Positions 40,562 to 53,230 of a stretch of 64,000 nt of DNA are shown here, piece by piece. The notes beneath the pieces are model-generated. The model made no database searches. It saw only the letters and a program-made list of their open reading frames with translations, and was not told the origin of the DNA. Made by a program: the position numbers and the translations under genes. Origin of the DNA: Ruditapes philippinarum (taxonomy: Eukaryota); assembly GCF_026571515.1 (NCBI RefSeq), contig NW_026865651.1, positions 62,001 to 126,000 on the forward strand, in the 5' to 3' direction. Position 1 is the first letter of the stretch, and each line of letters starts with the position of its first letter.

Positions 40562-41199
40562 TCAGTGAATAAAAAAACAATTTAAGGTCAAAGACGAGCT
40601 AAATAAGACACGCACAATTAAAATTAATTAATGAAATTAATGAAACTCTGTAAGAATTTAATATATTATTGAACTATTTTGAGATGTCAAAACTACGGTT
40701 ATTTTATATAGTGTGATTGCTTTAAGACACATAAATGGTGTAATAAATGCTATAATTATGCACACAAGCATTTCTGAACAATTTATTTTTTGATACTGCT
40801 TAATTAATAAGTATCTATGGTTAATAATAATAATCAAGATTAGTTATTGCAAATTTATCCTCATCTTATTCACCAGTTGTATTATAACTTTCAATGCTAC
40901 ACATGCACTTGTTAAGTGTTAAACAATTAAAATGTTTATTGGCTTAATAAGAAAAAACAAATTTTATGATATTGTGTGTTTAATGAGTATGTTTTATAAC
41001 TCTTGTAATGGCTTTGGAGTGATATACTCGCAACACAATGTCTTAAATAATTTACGTAACGTTTTGAGAAAATGAGTGAGATATGCTTTTCTATTCGATT
41101 TGTAAAACATAGTGTAGCCCCTCTAAAATTGCCATGACGCACCTCTGCTTCAATGTGTTATGTATATAGGCTTTATTTTAAATGTGTTTAGTATCTATT

Positions 41200-41273
41200 T
41201 CCTGAATAGCTCAGTAGGTAGAGCACAGGACTGATTATTGCGATGTCGTGGGTTCGATACCTACTTATGCCAC
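41200..41273 (+). pseudogene. tRNA-like sequence (tRNA pseudogene or SINE head)
   Basis: A-box/D-arm TAGCTCAGTAGGTAGAGC and T-arm GTGGGTTCGATACCTAC are present, but the acceptor and anticodon stems do not pair. Confidence 0.55.
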
Positions 41274-44200
41274 TATCATTTTTAATAATTTTGTTTATTT
41301 GATGTTTATATAATTTTTCATGTTCATTCATCTTCTTTCAAGAAAGTTCTTTTCATGTTCATTCTGGAATATTCTTTCTCTAAGTAGTTTAGTATTCTAG
41401 ATTGTTCAATAATTGTATATATATGATGAATGTTTGTACTTCGATTGTGCTTTTGTGTAGATTGAGTGCTATTGCACTGCTGACATAGTAATATATAAGT
41501 TTGGAGTTTGTTATTCTGTATGGGAAGTGATACTTATTGTATTAATTCTACTGTGGACATTGATCAAATTTGAGTTGTGGACAATTGAATTCCGAAATGT
41601 GAGTTAAACTTTTAAATAGGGCATGTGTTAAATTTGAATTGTGGACAACTGTGACTTAAACTTAACTTTCATATTTTTTGTATTATGGTAAATAACTGTT
41701 TTTCTTTAATTATCAATTGTAAATTTTTTTTTAAATGTATTCCTTATGTTCTTAAAAACGACCTGTAAGGGACACTATTTATCAGATCATTAATACCATC
41801 TTCAAAAAGTGACTTATACCATATGCTGACATGAATTCTTGCGTTTAACATTATTTGTGACGATGATCCAATAAAAAAAGGTTCTCGGATTACAGGAGTT
41901 TTATTAATTGAAATACTCATATAAATTTACAACATTAATAAATATTGACTGTACACATAGCCTTTTACTTTACAAAAAACGAAACTTTAACTGATGGTGA
42001 AAGAAACTACAATGTGTCATCTTTTAAAACAGTAAATATAATGTTAAATTTTATTTCATAAATGGGATATTTAATATTTAGTATCACAGTGAACTCTGGA
42101 AACCTTAAAGAACATGTCAAATGAATGGCTTAGACTTGTTTCAATCATACAATATCTATAATATCTTTTATTGTAACTTCCAGTGTTTTTTTTAAAGTAA
42201 CATGACTTTTTTTAAAACTACTCAGTGATTCTGTCGGCGGCTAAATTTCGTTCAACATATATAGATATATTTACGTTTCAAACCCCAAAAATATAGAATT
42301 AATACATAAACTCCTGCCGGGGCATTAGAAAATGTCATTTAAGCATGATTTGAGCACATAAGATCATTATAATAATTTTGTCATTAATTTGCCTGTGTAT
42401 CCCTTTAAAATCTTAGTATTATCTAAAGAACTTCAGGCATCGTTGTAGTGGTTAAATTACTTTACATAACCTTACATTAAACGTAACACGAGAAGAGAGA
42501 AAATTATTGGCGAGTGAGCGTCGTCGTCTTTCATGGAATGGTTTGTTTTTTTTGGCCCATGGTAGGAGCTGTCATTATTAGCAGTTAATGTCATGTTGTG
42601 TTAATTAGTTTTATTTTGATTTTTAAAAATCTAATAACAATGTGAAATTAACTATTATTTTCTATTTGTTTGTATTAAAATTGTTAAGTAAAAATAACCT
42701 ATGGTTAAAATGAAAGGTAGACAAATTAAAGCTATACATACAGACGCTTATGTCCATGTACTATTGAAACTGAGAATGGATAACATCCGTAGGTTGTCAA
42801 TTTAAACACTTCATGTATACATTGTTAGTTGTTATAATAAAGTCTAAGAGCAGCATTTGTTACTCTAACAGATACAAAAATCTGGAAACAAAGTGATCCC
42901 TCGGAAGCATTAATCACAACAAAATTACAAGAGACGTATGCGTTTAATGCATAGACACAATCAAATTTTTATATGTTATATAGACCAGTTGAGATTTCCT
43001 TTATTTTCATTTTATATACTATACATTATAATTTTCTTTCTACTAGATTTTGAATTCCATCCAAGTACCAATGTAATAGGATTTCATATCTATTAAATAG
43101 ATACTGGGAAGTATTAATGTTACACACATTTATATCTTTAGATATGATGAGACTGTATAATATTTCTGTATTAAAAGAGAAACAGTTATAGAATTATTAT
43201 TAAAGGTATGAGACTTACATTCAAATTTATAAATGATAATACATGTATTGATAAGTCTACATGTTATAGGTTTATTCCCAGGGTTAGGTGGCTTATAATT
43301 CTATTTACAATAGAGTTAAAGGAAAATTATGTGCCTTACTTTAGAAGAGCTTTAGTTACTGTATTTTTCAAAGTATTTTATTTTTCTGAACTTGTGAGAT
43401 AACGCTGGTATGACCTATACAGGTGAGGTTAAATAAGTGTCCATTACCAGTGATGACAGGGTCCGTGGTGGAAATCAACCGGACTGTTGCATGGCAATAG
43501 AGATATACATCCCACACTCTCTTTCTCTGCTATTACATTAGGTCAGTACTGGTCCTGGAAAGAAAATGTCCTTAAACTTGAATCAATCAATATAATTTTT
43601 AGAGTGTCCAAAATATTATATTCCGAATTTTTATTTTTATTTTTTCTAACATGTGCATAGTTTTAAAAGGACAGCCCCTGTCTTTTTGGCAATGGCGAGA
43701 CACTTATCTCAATCTGCAGGTCACAAGCAGAGTCAACACGACTACAGACTTTTCATAGTGTAGATATTTGCGTGCACTTGAATAGATTTGTGCACTTAAT
43801 TTTATGTTGGCTGATTTGTGCCACACGAAACCCGACAAGTACGAAAAAGTAACCGGGCGCCAGACGAAAATATGAAAAGACCACAAAGTGGTTCCTGTAT
43901 AGTATTTTCATGTTTTCGGTCGGTGCCCCCCCCCCCCTGATTAAAAAATACAACATGAAAAAGGTTGTTGTTTTTTATTAGATATAATACATGTATTAGT
44001 ACAGTTATTTATTGACCTGATATTAATAATGCCACTATCAATAACTGTGTCATCCTTTTTAAGAAAAAAAAATACATATAAATGTATAAAAAATTTTTTA
44101 ATTAAAGCCACTGGCCTCCAAGATAATAAAATGCGAAAAATGAATTAAACTTTAACGTAACCGGTAAATACTGATGTAGTTAGTTTTAATGTTTAAATTC

Positions 44201-44898
44201 ATTTACTGACACCTTAATAATTCAAGTAAAAATGTGGAAAATGTAGTCAATATCGCATGTTTTTCCTTTGCACAATCTACTTCGTAACTAACGTAGTAGC
44301 CAATATAAATATGAATTCATTTACCACGGTCACGTGTCACAACATTGGTCAGAAAAAATCCCGGTATCAGGTATGCCCGGGGTCGTATATATATATTTAT
44401 ATATATATGATAAAATTAATAAATTATAGTTTATTACTATAAATATCAAAACCAAAGCAGTTATTTGTTTCCCTTTATGTTTGATACGATCCCTAATTCC
44501 GTCGGAGCACAGGTCGCGATATTGTCCTGTACCATCACAGGGTACTAAAAACGGATGAATTCCCTGACACATTTGTGCACTTGTTATGAAAGACAATATA
44601 ACTGTAATAGAAATGATGTGCATGGTAGCCTGCGACATGATTAAGTTTAAAATAAAGAACATTATATAATGGGACCAAAGTATAGATCAAGTACAGATAA
44701 TTTGTTATCTAACCAATAATATACTCTTTATAGAAATAAAGCCCATTAAACATGAACCATGTTCCTCAAAAATGAACCCGGTGCTCCAAATAAGGCAGAT
44801 ACTTAAGATAAGGAGCCTAACTTGACATTTCAAAATCCACATTACTTTTAAGTGTACACATTTGTGACATACTTCCATTTCATTTCGATAGCCAAATC

Positions 44899-47800
44899 AT
44901 GTTACTCCGTATATTTCTTTGTTGTTTACCATTCTTTATAGAAGGTAAGAAACGATTTCTTTTGTATACAAAGCAATTTTTTTAGCAAGTTGGATTATTC
45001 AAGATGCCTTGATTGACGCTTGAGCATGTCAATGGTTCTGGGATTGATACATTTTTATACCTATTACTGAATAAATATGTCAGCCTGCTTATCTTAACAT
45101 TGAGAACATCGGATAAGTACTCCAGGGGTAGCTAGTCCAATCCTCCGGCGAGCCGTTATTTGGGCGTGAAAATTGCTGGCGTCTGCCTCTCACCGCTGAT
45201 TCAGAACACAGGCACGAGTATCGGACCTGGGAAGAAAATCTGACCACGTCTTAAATGTATCCCTTAAAAAGAGAACACCACTTGTTGTGCCACTTTTTTG
45301 TCTACCTGGGAGTTTTAGCACGGATGCGTTTTTTTGCTGATTGATATTTCATGAACGGGAAGGGCTAGAGACTTGAGGTCGGTCTCATTTGGAATACAAA
45401 CGTAAAATAGTGAAAACGTTTTTTTTTATTATCTGGACAATTGTTTATACAACGTCCCGGGGAATCGCAGACTCAAATCTGAAGTTTCCGGCCTTCTCTT
45501 AACTTACCGTATAAGTGGTTTTTTCTGCGGTGACTTTATTTCTGCGTTTTCTGCGGTCAGTTTCAGTACCGCAGAGATAAAAACCGCAGAATATTTCTCT
45601 GTGTTTTTTTAATGGTATGTGTCCTACATTATGACCTGTTTCCTCTAAAGTAATAACGACTAACGGATTATAACGGTTAGCGGGTCATCGAGTTATATAA
45701 AATTGCTTTCGGCTAAGTATGTATAATGTGCTTGTAAGGATGTACCTATTGTAAATTATGCCAATTTATGAATAAAGATATTTAAACATCTTAATTATGT
45801 AGTGTTTGTCTGTACGCAAAAAAGGTTTGTTTACCACTATATCATTAAAACCATTTTAATCCTTACACTGCTAAATAATCGTCGTATGCATTAATTGTTG
45901 TTTGATTTACGAAAAACTTTTATCAATTTTATTAAATCAAAGATACTTCCAGGGTATATTTTTCACACATCATTTCATGCTGAACAAAAGATGCATACTG
46001 TCTATTGTTGCGCATTATATTTGTTTGCAAGCAATCAATATAATTGTTTGTAATTTCTATATAGTTTTGCAGTGACGATGATTAACAAAATTTTAATGCG
46101 ATTGTGTACATGCAAATTAAATAGGTAGAGTAATGTGACTAAGACTTTGATAAGATGAGTCGCAGAATTTAAATCACTTTTTGTCCAAAGAATGTGCCGC
46201 AGAAAAAAAGTCCGCAGAAATAAAAACATGCCAAAATTTGGAAAAACTGCAGAATTTGGAGCCCGCAGAAAAAACCACTTATACGGTATAGTATATTTTT
46301 GAGGTGGCTCATATTTCGCTTTTTTGTTTTTTGACACATTTAAGATGAACACAGGTGTTTTTTTTTATTAATGTGGTCAGATTTTCTTCCTTGGTCCGAT
46401 TCTCGTGCCTGTGTTTCAGAAATTATGTTGGATTAGTAGCCGGCCAGTTACAGAATATAGGTACTTCCTGGTTTGTTATTCAGGGAATTTTGGAGGATTT
46501 GCCGCAGAGATACGATCAAAACACGTGAAAACCAGGAAAAACAAAATGTCATATGTGCCAGATCACAAAACCACATCAACCGCTATATTAGATAAATTAT
46601 ATCAACTGCAGGTTTGGTCCTGTATGGACTTAATTAAAGTTATATAATTAAAAGATTTTGTAAACTTTGACTGAAGAATCATACTTTCATCCATTATGAC
46701 AACTTAATTCACTTTTAACTTTTCAGGTGTTTCCTCTCAAACCACTCAATCAATATATACGGAATATTTCTGCAATAATTTAAAAAACGACGATTGTAAC
46801 AATCATAACGTTTCTGAAAGATGTGGCACCGATAATATTACCTACAGGAATGGGTATATATTGTTTTCATTTGTCATTTGGATGTTAATGTAAAAAAATG
46901 GGTATACGTATGTTGTTTTCATTTGATGTGAAAAAAAACGAATGGATATATTTATATTGTTTTAACTAAGGCGTAATCATACATATGTTAAATGCATGAT
47001 ATGCCATATAAGTACATACTTTTTTCAACACATCTTTGAACGAAACGTCGCAATAACATATTGAAAGTCATATATGGCGACCCTCCTGCTTTCCTGACAG
47101 AGGTAAACCTCCGGTGGCCAATAGTGCAGTATTTCAGCCGCGAACGGGCCACTTAGTAGAACCACCGGCGTTCTATTAGCTAGATAGATATCAACCTCAC
47201 TTTAAAAAATCCTTAATCACTGGCGGGATTCAAACCGACAACGGTAAGGGCCAGGAATTTTGAAGTCAACTACCTCTCTGTAGTTTCGATGTAATAGATA
47301 ACAGCATAAGTCTCGTTACAAACTTATGTGGCCCATTTTTGTAATCAACAAAACATGTCTCTTTTATGTGGTCTGTACACATACTATATGATTGGACATT
47401 TTGACACTTTAGGTCGTATCATAGACATTCGTTAGAGGTTTTTCTTCAGTTTTTAAAAAGAGTTTCCATACAATGCAACCAGCATTGAAAAATAATATAT
47501 CCACTGGACCTTTACAAAAAACCCGCTGAAACTGTCTAATTATTCTGCATTTAACAATGTACTATTTTGATGTCATTGCTGCATATTTAAATCAGAAATG
47601 ATAAAAGATGTATTAAGTTTTATTTACAAATGTTTAAAAATATATTTTCACAGACTCGAATCTGATTATTAAAGAATTGAAATATCAAATTGTAGTTAAT
47701 AAAGGTGTCAGAAAAATATTAAAAGTACCTAACATACAATGGTGTTTCTTCATGTAACACTGCTTTTAATTATATCATGCTTTAATAAAACCCACTTTAA

Positions 47801-50800
47801 GCAACTACTTTCAGTATCATAAAAGCACATGAACAAGGACCCTGAGCTTAATGACTACCTTGGCCTTCGGAAACAGTTATTCCTTTGTTGTATTTAGTGT
47901 TGTAGATTGAATGATGTTTTTGTCATAAAAACAGTGAATTATTAGTAACTTATTATTACTTTACATAATAAAACATGCACTTTTAATTCTTATCATCAGA
48001 GCTGCGGAGGCATATCCTTTTTGTATACATTGCTTGCAATGTATACAGAGTTATAAGCTATATCTCAGAAAAGATACAGGTTTAATGCATTACCGAACAA
48101 CATCCACTCCCGGATAAAAACCGCTATAGAAACTAGTTCTTCATTCTGCAGTAGCGTTACATTCCGACTACACATCATTAAAATAGCGTTTGCAAAGTTG
48201 TTTAAATGCTTTGAAATTTCCAAATCGTTCATTTTCATGAAATAATAGACTCTACATTCCTTTAAAGAAAACCAAAAATAACAGTTCATTGATAAAATCG
48301 TAGTTTATACCTACGCGTTAAACTTCGCATATACGCATGCGCTTGCTAGCATGAATGAATAGATCGTGAATATAGTAAGGCAATCGCAACTACTCGGCCC
48401 TTTCCGTCAGTCTTCGGATAGTAAGGTCGTCAGAATTATATAAATGGGACGAAACATCTCAGATAGATATTTAATCAAATAAAATTCCCGATTTACATTT
48501 ATGCGATAAAATTGCCCTAAAATGTTTTACAAAATGAGTATGGAGCTTCGTAACATCGTAACAAAATTTACCAGCATATACCGGAAAATGTTGTGTTTTT
48601 TTTAACCTGGCAATTATCGTGGCTTCGAAAAATAGAAATTCCGTAAGCTATTCTTTTGAATACCTTTTTTACACATGATTTTCCTTTCACTTTTGTATGC
48701 CTTAGATTTTTGAAAAGAAATATGTTTCGAAATTCAGCGAAGATTGCCTGATTCAGTACGGGTAAAAAAAAAGATTCGGCCGCTCGACCGTTCGACCCAT
48801 AACAATTCGTCGAACTTGGGATATTGACGATTAAGCCAGAGCATGGAGCTAAATATAGGCATATGTGTCCAGATTCGACGATAAGAAATAATCATTTGAA
48901 ACTACATGTAACTGTAAATCAGTGTAAGCACTAAGAAATAAATACATTAAATTTATGTTCAGAAAATAGAATTATTTTAATCTTCTTATATTAATGGGTG
49001 CATGGAATTGCCGAAAAACACCGAAAAACACCAAAAAATACCGAAAAACACTTAAAATACAAAAAAAAAATATTTAGGCTGTGATTAAATTCAGCAATAT
49101 AAACAATTTTTGATGGTTATTTGATGAAATGGGTTCAATAACATCAGTTTTAAATCGATGATATATCATAAAATACGCTGATGAATGTATTCGCTGAGCC
49201 TGCGTCGAACATAGAAAAGCCGAAAAACACATGTCACAGGCAAAAAAAAAATGCTAATTTCCATTTTAATCACCAGAGAAATTGTTTTTCACAATTCCGA
49301 TCAATAAATTTATCAGCGGATAATCTTAGAAAATATGGATAAGCCGAAAAACACTTTTCACGGCGATACAATTGGTATAATTCCAACAAAATTAGTTTTA
49401 TCTACTTTTTTCTATCCTTTAAATGATTAAAATTTACTTTCTTTTTGCAACCAGTGTAAATTAGAGAATGATTCTATTCTGTATTTAATGCGATATGAAA
49501 GTGTTTTCGGCAAAGTAACAGTCTAGCTTCAAAAAACATGGAAAAGCCAAAAAAAAACAACAACAAAACAACAAAAAACATTTTTTACGGGCGTTAAAAT
49601 AGTCGTAGTTAAAACAAGAGCCGCTTTTTTTTTCAACCTTTTAAATGAATAATTATTACTTTCTTTTGTTACCAATGGAAAATATCAGTGATATTATTTT
49701 TTATAAATACAGTATGAAAGTGTTTTTCGTTTACGTAACGGTCTAGCGTCAAAAACATGGAAAAGCCAAAAAAAAAACACACACATTTTACTGGCGATGA
49801 AATGGACATTTTTAAAATTGGAACTATTAAATAAATTTTTCAACCGTTTGAATGAATGATTATAACATTATATTTGTAAGCAATATCAGTAATATTTTTG
49901 TAATAAACATTGTATGAAAGTATTTTTCGGCTATGTTACTGCCTAGCGTCAAAAACATAGGAAAGCAAAAAAGAAAAACAAAACAAACAAACAACACATT
50001 TTACTTGCGATAAAATATATTACCTTTGTAAAATGTAAGTTATTTTTTGTAATAAGTACAGTATGAAAAAAATTTTCGGCTATGTAACAGTCAGCGTTAA
50101 AAACATGGGAAAGCCGAAAACTACATTGGACTCGCGATAAGAAAGGTATATGAATAAAAACACCCATAAAATTAGACTTTTCAATCGTTTAAATAATTAA
50201 CTTTTACTTTTTATTTGTTTATAGTAAAAACTAATCGAGCAGTCGTTTTATATTTATATGCTATATGAACTTGCGTAGTTACAATAGAGTAAAGAACATA
50301 TATAGAAAAGCAATAATTTACTTAATTATTACGCAGTATCTTATTATTTATTTCAGTGGTGAAACAGGTTTGCTCAGGGTGAGGTTTTAGATTGTTGAAT
50401 GTCCGCCATCCATCTTATGTCAACTGTGGTCTGTCCACATTTAGCATCGTCGGATACCCACGGCCGAACAATTTACATTTATCAGATATGTCATGTTAAA
50501 TGTTAATCAACCATGTGTATCCGACGATGACATTACAGTTGTTAACAATCTGCTGGTCATTTAGTTTGTTAACACTTTACTGGTCACATTTTTGCCCCAA
50601 TTGTCACACAACAGCGTAAGAATGTGTGTGACATGTTTTGCTCGAGTTTGAACATGGATCACCTTGGTTGAAAATCAGAAGTAAGTCACAGTAGCCAAAA
50701 AATAGAAAAAATGTTTAGCTCAATGGTTCATCTAAAGTTAAGAAGTTGGTAACACAGCCTGATTATGGAAAAAACCCTTCTTAACTTGCTGTCCAATATA

Positions 50801-53230
50801 AATGAATTTCTTGGAAAGGTTGTATATGAAGACTTTATGTAACAATTATTGAATAATGAAAATATTACAGTACATTTGAATTGTTTTGATAATAGATTTC
50901 ATTTTTATTAATAAACGATAAAGTAATGCATTTGAAAATTAATGTGTAGAGATGAATACAATACACCAGAATATATGTATTAATGCATCAAAGTACAGTA
51001 CATAGATGTACTATAATTTGTAGGATGATTCAATTTATTGATTTTGTATAGAGTTCAAGCCAGATCATGTATTTTATTAGATAGCATCACTGGAAACTCA
51101 ATATGACTGTTTCAATATTCTATACTGCAGTCCATTTAACGGGTGTTTCAAAAAATGATTTCTTTATTGCTTTATTATCAAGCAATGTATACTTCAGTAC
51201 TTCCAGTGCTTTGATTTTATTTTGTTAACGATAAATTGTTTTACAAATCTTAATACTGTTCCAGATGCGAACTTGCTAAGGCGTATTGTATCAAAGATAT
51301 CCACCAGGCACATATGGGAAAATGTACAAGTGACCCAAATGTAACAAGAAGTCCTGACGAAGTTAAACATGGCAGTGAGGTAAGTTAAAAGTCATACCTG
51401 TAATATAACATATTTTTTTTATTACATACCCGTGCCGCTTTTTGCGACTGCATAAAAATGGTAGTGCACGGACGTGCATATATGGTTTAATGTGACGTTA
51501 TACAAATAAAGTATTAAGACTAGTGTAAAGACGGGTTAAATGTTAGCGTTACACTAAAGGCGCTTAAATGAAAATGATTCTTTTTTTCAATTTAAACATT
51601 CTTTATTTTGGTTGTGTGATAAGTAGAATATTACAGTCGTATAGGCTCATTAATGAATTTATTAAACTCGCCAGAGGCTGGCATTATACAATTTTATTCA
51701 CTGCGTTCATTCAATATCCTCTATATATAAAATAATTATAGCGGGATATCATATTTACAATTTCAGTTGCTAAAAAAATAATTCTATCATCAGCGGTTTC
51801 TTTAAGGTTTAAATATGGATTCGAAATTTTTGAAGTCATCTAGATCATTAATGAAATTCAAGCATTCATCCTATCTGTTATTCTTTACAATAACAATATT
51901 TTATACGAATACGTACGAAGTGTATGGCTTTGGTGAAAAGTCTGTGACAGTCCAGCGGCAAGAATGTAGCATGAAAAAAAACTAATGTTTACGTTTGGTT
52001 GTTAACTGGTTAATGTCATATAATCTGTACCGTGGAACCTTTCAATTGTTCGTACCTTTATTTAAGGATTTACTTTTGAAATTTTCTATGTGAACAACAG
52101 AAACATGAAATGAAAAAAAAAACAAAGCAAATTTATTTTTGACCTAAGTTTGGATAAAAAATGCAATACTTTCCTAAGCACAAACTCAAACTTGCATGGA
52201 ATTTAACTTTGTTGGACGCATTTAGTTATTGTACACTTAGTTATTGATAAAAACTGTATTTTAGCCTATTTTGCATGTTACATGTTTGATTTCAAATATG
52301 TTTGTTCCATTCTTCTTTTTGATCATTTCTTTCAGCTGGCGTACGAGATCGAATGTGTACGCTTAATGCATATAAACTGTGGTCCACAAGATCCAAACGA
52401 AGTATGCTGTGGTTCTGACGGATACACTTATGATAATTTGTAGGGTTATTTTTTATGCATTGTATTGCTTTGTATAACAAGAAATCGAAACCCAATTTAA
52501 AGCGTTAATAACTTTTAGCATTTCATGAAAAAACTATTACATGTATTGAAAAGAAAATATCATGTTAAATACTTACTGTTGACATTTCAACAACAATTGG
52601 TCCGCTGAAATTGACATGGAAATTAAAATTGTAAAATGATAACTTATTTAAGTACTCCATTTTGAAAGATTCCATCTAATCTTTGTAGCAGCAATTCACA
52701 TGATAGTTATACATGTATTTGTTATCGGCTTTCATGTGATCTTTAAAAAAATAAGTGCATATAACAAAGTATGACCTCATAATATACCTAAATGAAAATT
52801 CTTGTCGTTATGAAACTCCTCATTAAGATGTTGATAAATCTTTACTATTGTTAAATATTACATTTATGCATGCAGATTTATTCTTTAAAGTGACAGTAAA
52901 AAAATGTTATGCTGTTGTTTATTTTTGTTTTTTTCCGATGTTTTTTGTGTGATTTTAATGGGGTTTTTTTTCTTTCTTTAAAAATAGTAAATTAATCGAA
53001 AATTGTGCAAAGACAAAGGAAGCAACCGATGCAACTTGTTTGAACTGCAAGCTATCTTGACAAAACTTGCTGATGAATGATTACATCATGATTGAAAATA
53101 TTGCATATGAAAGCTATACTTTGTGTAATCACTTATATTTGTTTACTTTTGTTTCAGTTGCGAGTTCTCCAAAGGAAAATGTACACACAGGGATCTTCAT
53201 ATCAGAAGTCTTGGCGCATGCACAGTTTAG
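44899..53230 (+). CDS. Secreted two-domain Kazal-type protein (154 aa)
   Basis: Exons 44899-44944, 46727-46853, 51265-51379, 52336-52439, 53158-53230. GT-AG introns with compatible phases 1,2,0,2; 465 nt. Protein: MLLRIFLCCLPFFIEGVSSQTTQSIYTEYFCNNLKNDDCNNHNVSERCGTDNITYRNGCELAKAYCIKDIHQAHMGKCTSDPNVTRSPDEVKHGSELAYEIECVRLMHINCGPQDPNEVCCGSDGYTYDNFCEFSKGKCTHRDLHIRSLGACTV. Two CG[TS]DxxTYxNxC motifs; AATAAA at 53276. Confidence 0.87.
45507..46286. mobile_element. Tc1/mariner-pogo-like MITE in intron 1 of the two-domain Kazal gene
   Basis: Perfect 24-bp TIRs CCGTATAAGTGGTTTTTTCTGCGG flanked by TA on both sides; subterminal ccgcag repeats. Confidence 0.85.
47060..47280 (-). mobile_element. Degenerate tRNA-derived SINE
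   Basis: Reverse-strand B-box (ggcgggattcaaacc near 47222) and a GC-richer body (gtagaaccacc...) resembling common bivalve SINEs from memory. Family not verified. Confidence 0.5.
49010..50170. repeat. Degenerate tandem repeat region (units about 150-230 bp) in Kazal intron 2
   Basis: Recurring ccgaaaaacac and atgaaagtgtttt(t)cgg...ctagcgtcaaaaacatggaaaagcc blocks near 49495, 49715, 49915 and 50063. Confidence 0.7.

Noticed and set aside
41200-41273. Functional tRNA gene
   Set aside because: Acceptor and anticodon stems fail to pair; kept only as tRNA-like.
50356-50760. Slightly GC-richer, coding-like patch in Kazal intron 2
   Set aside because: Stops in the frames I read, and it is not needed for the Kazal model; possibly a decayed transposon piece that I cannot identify.
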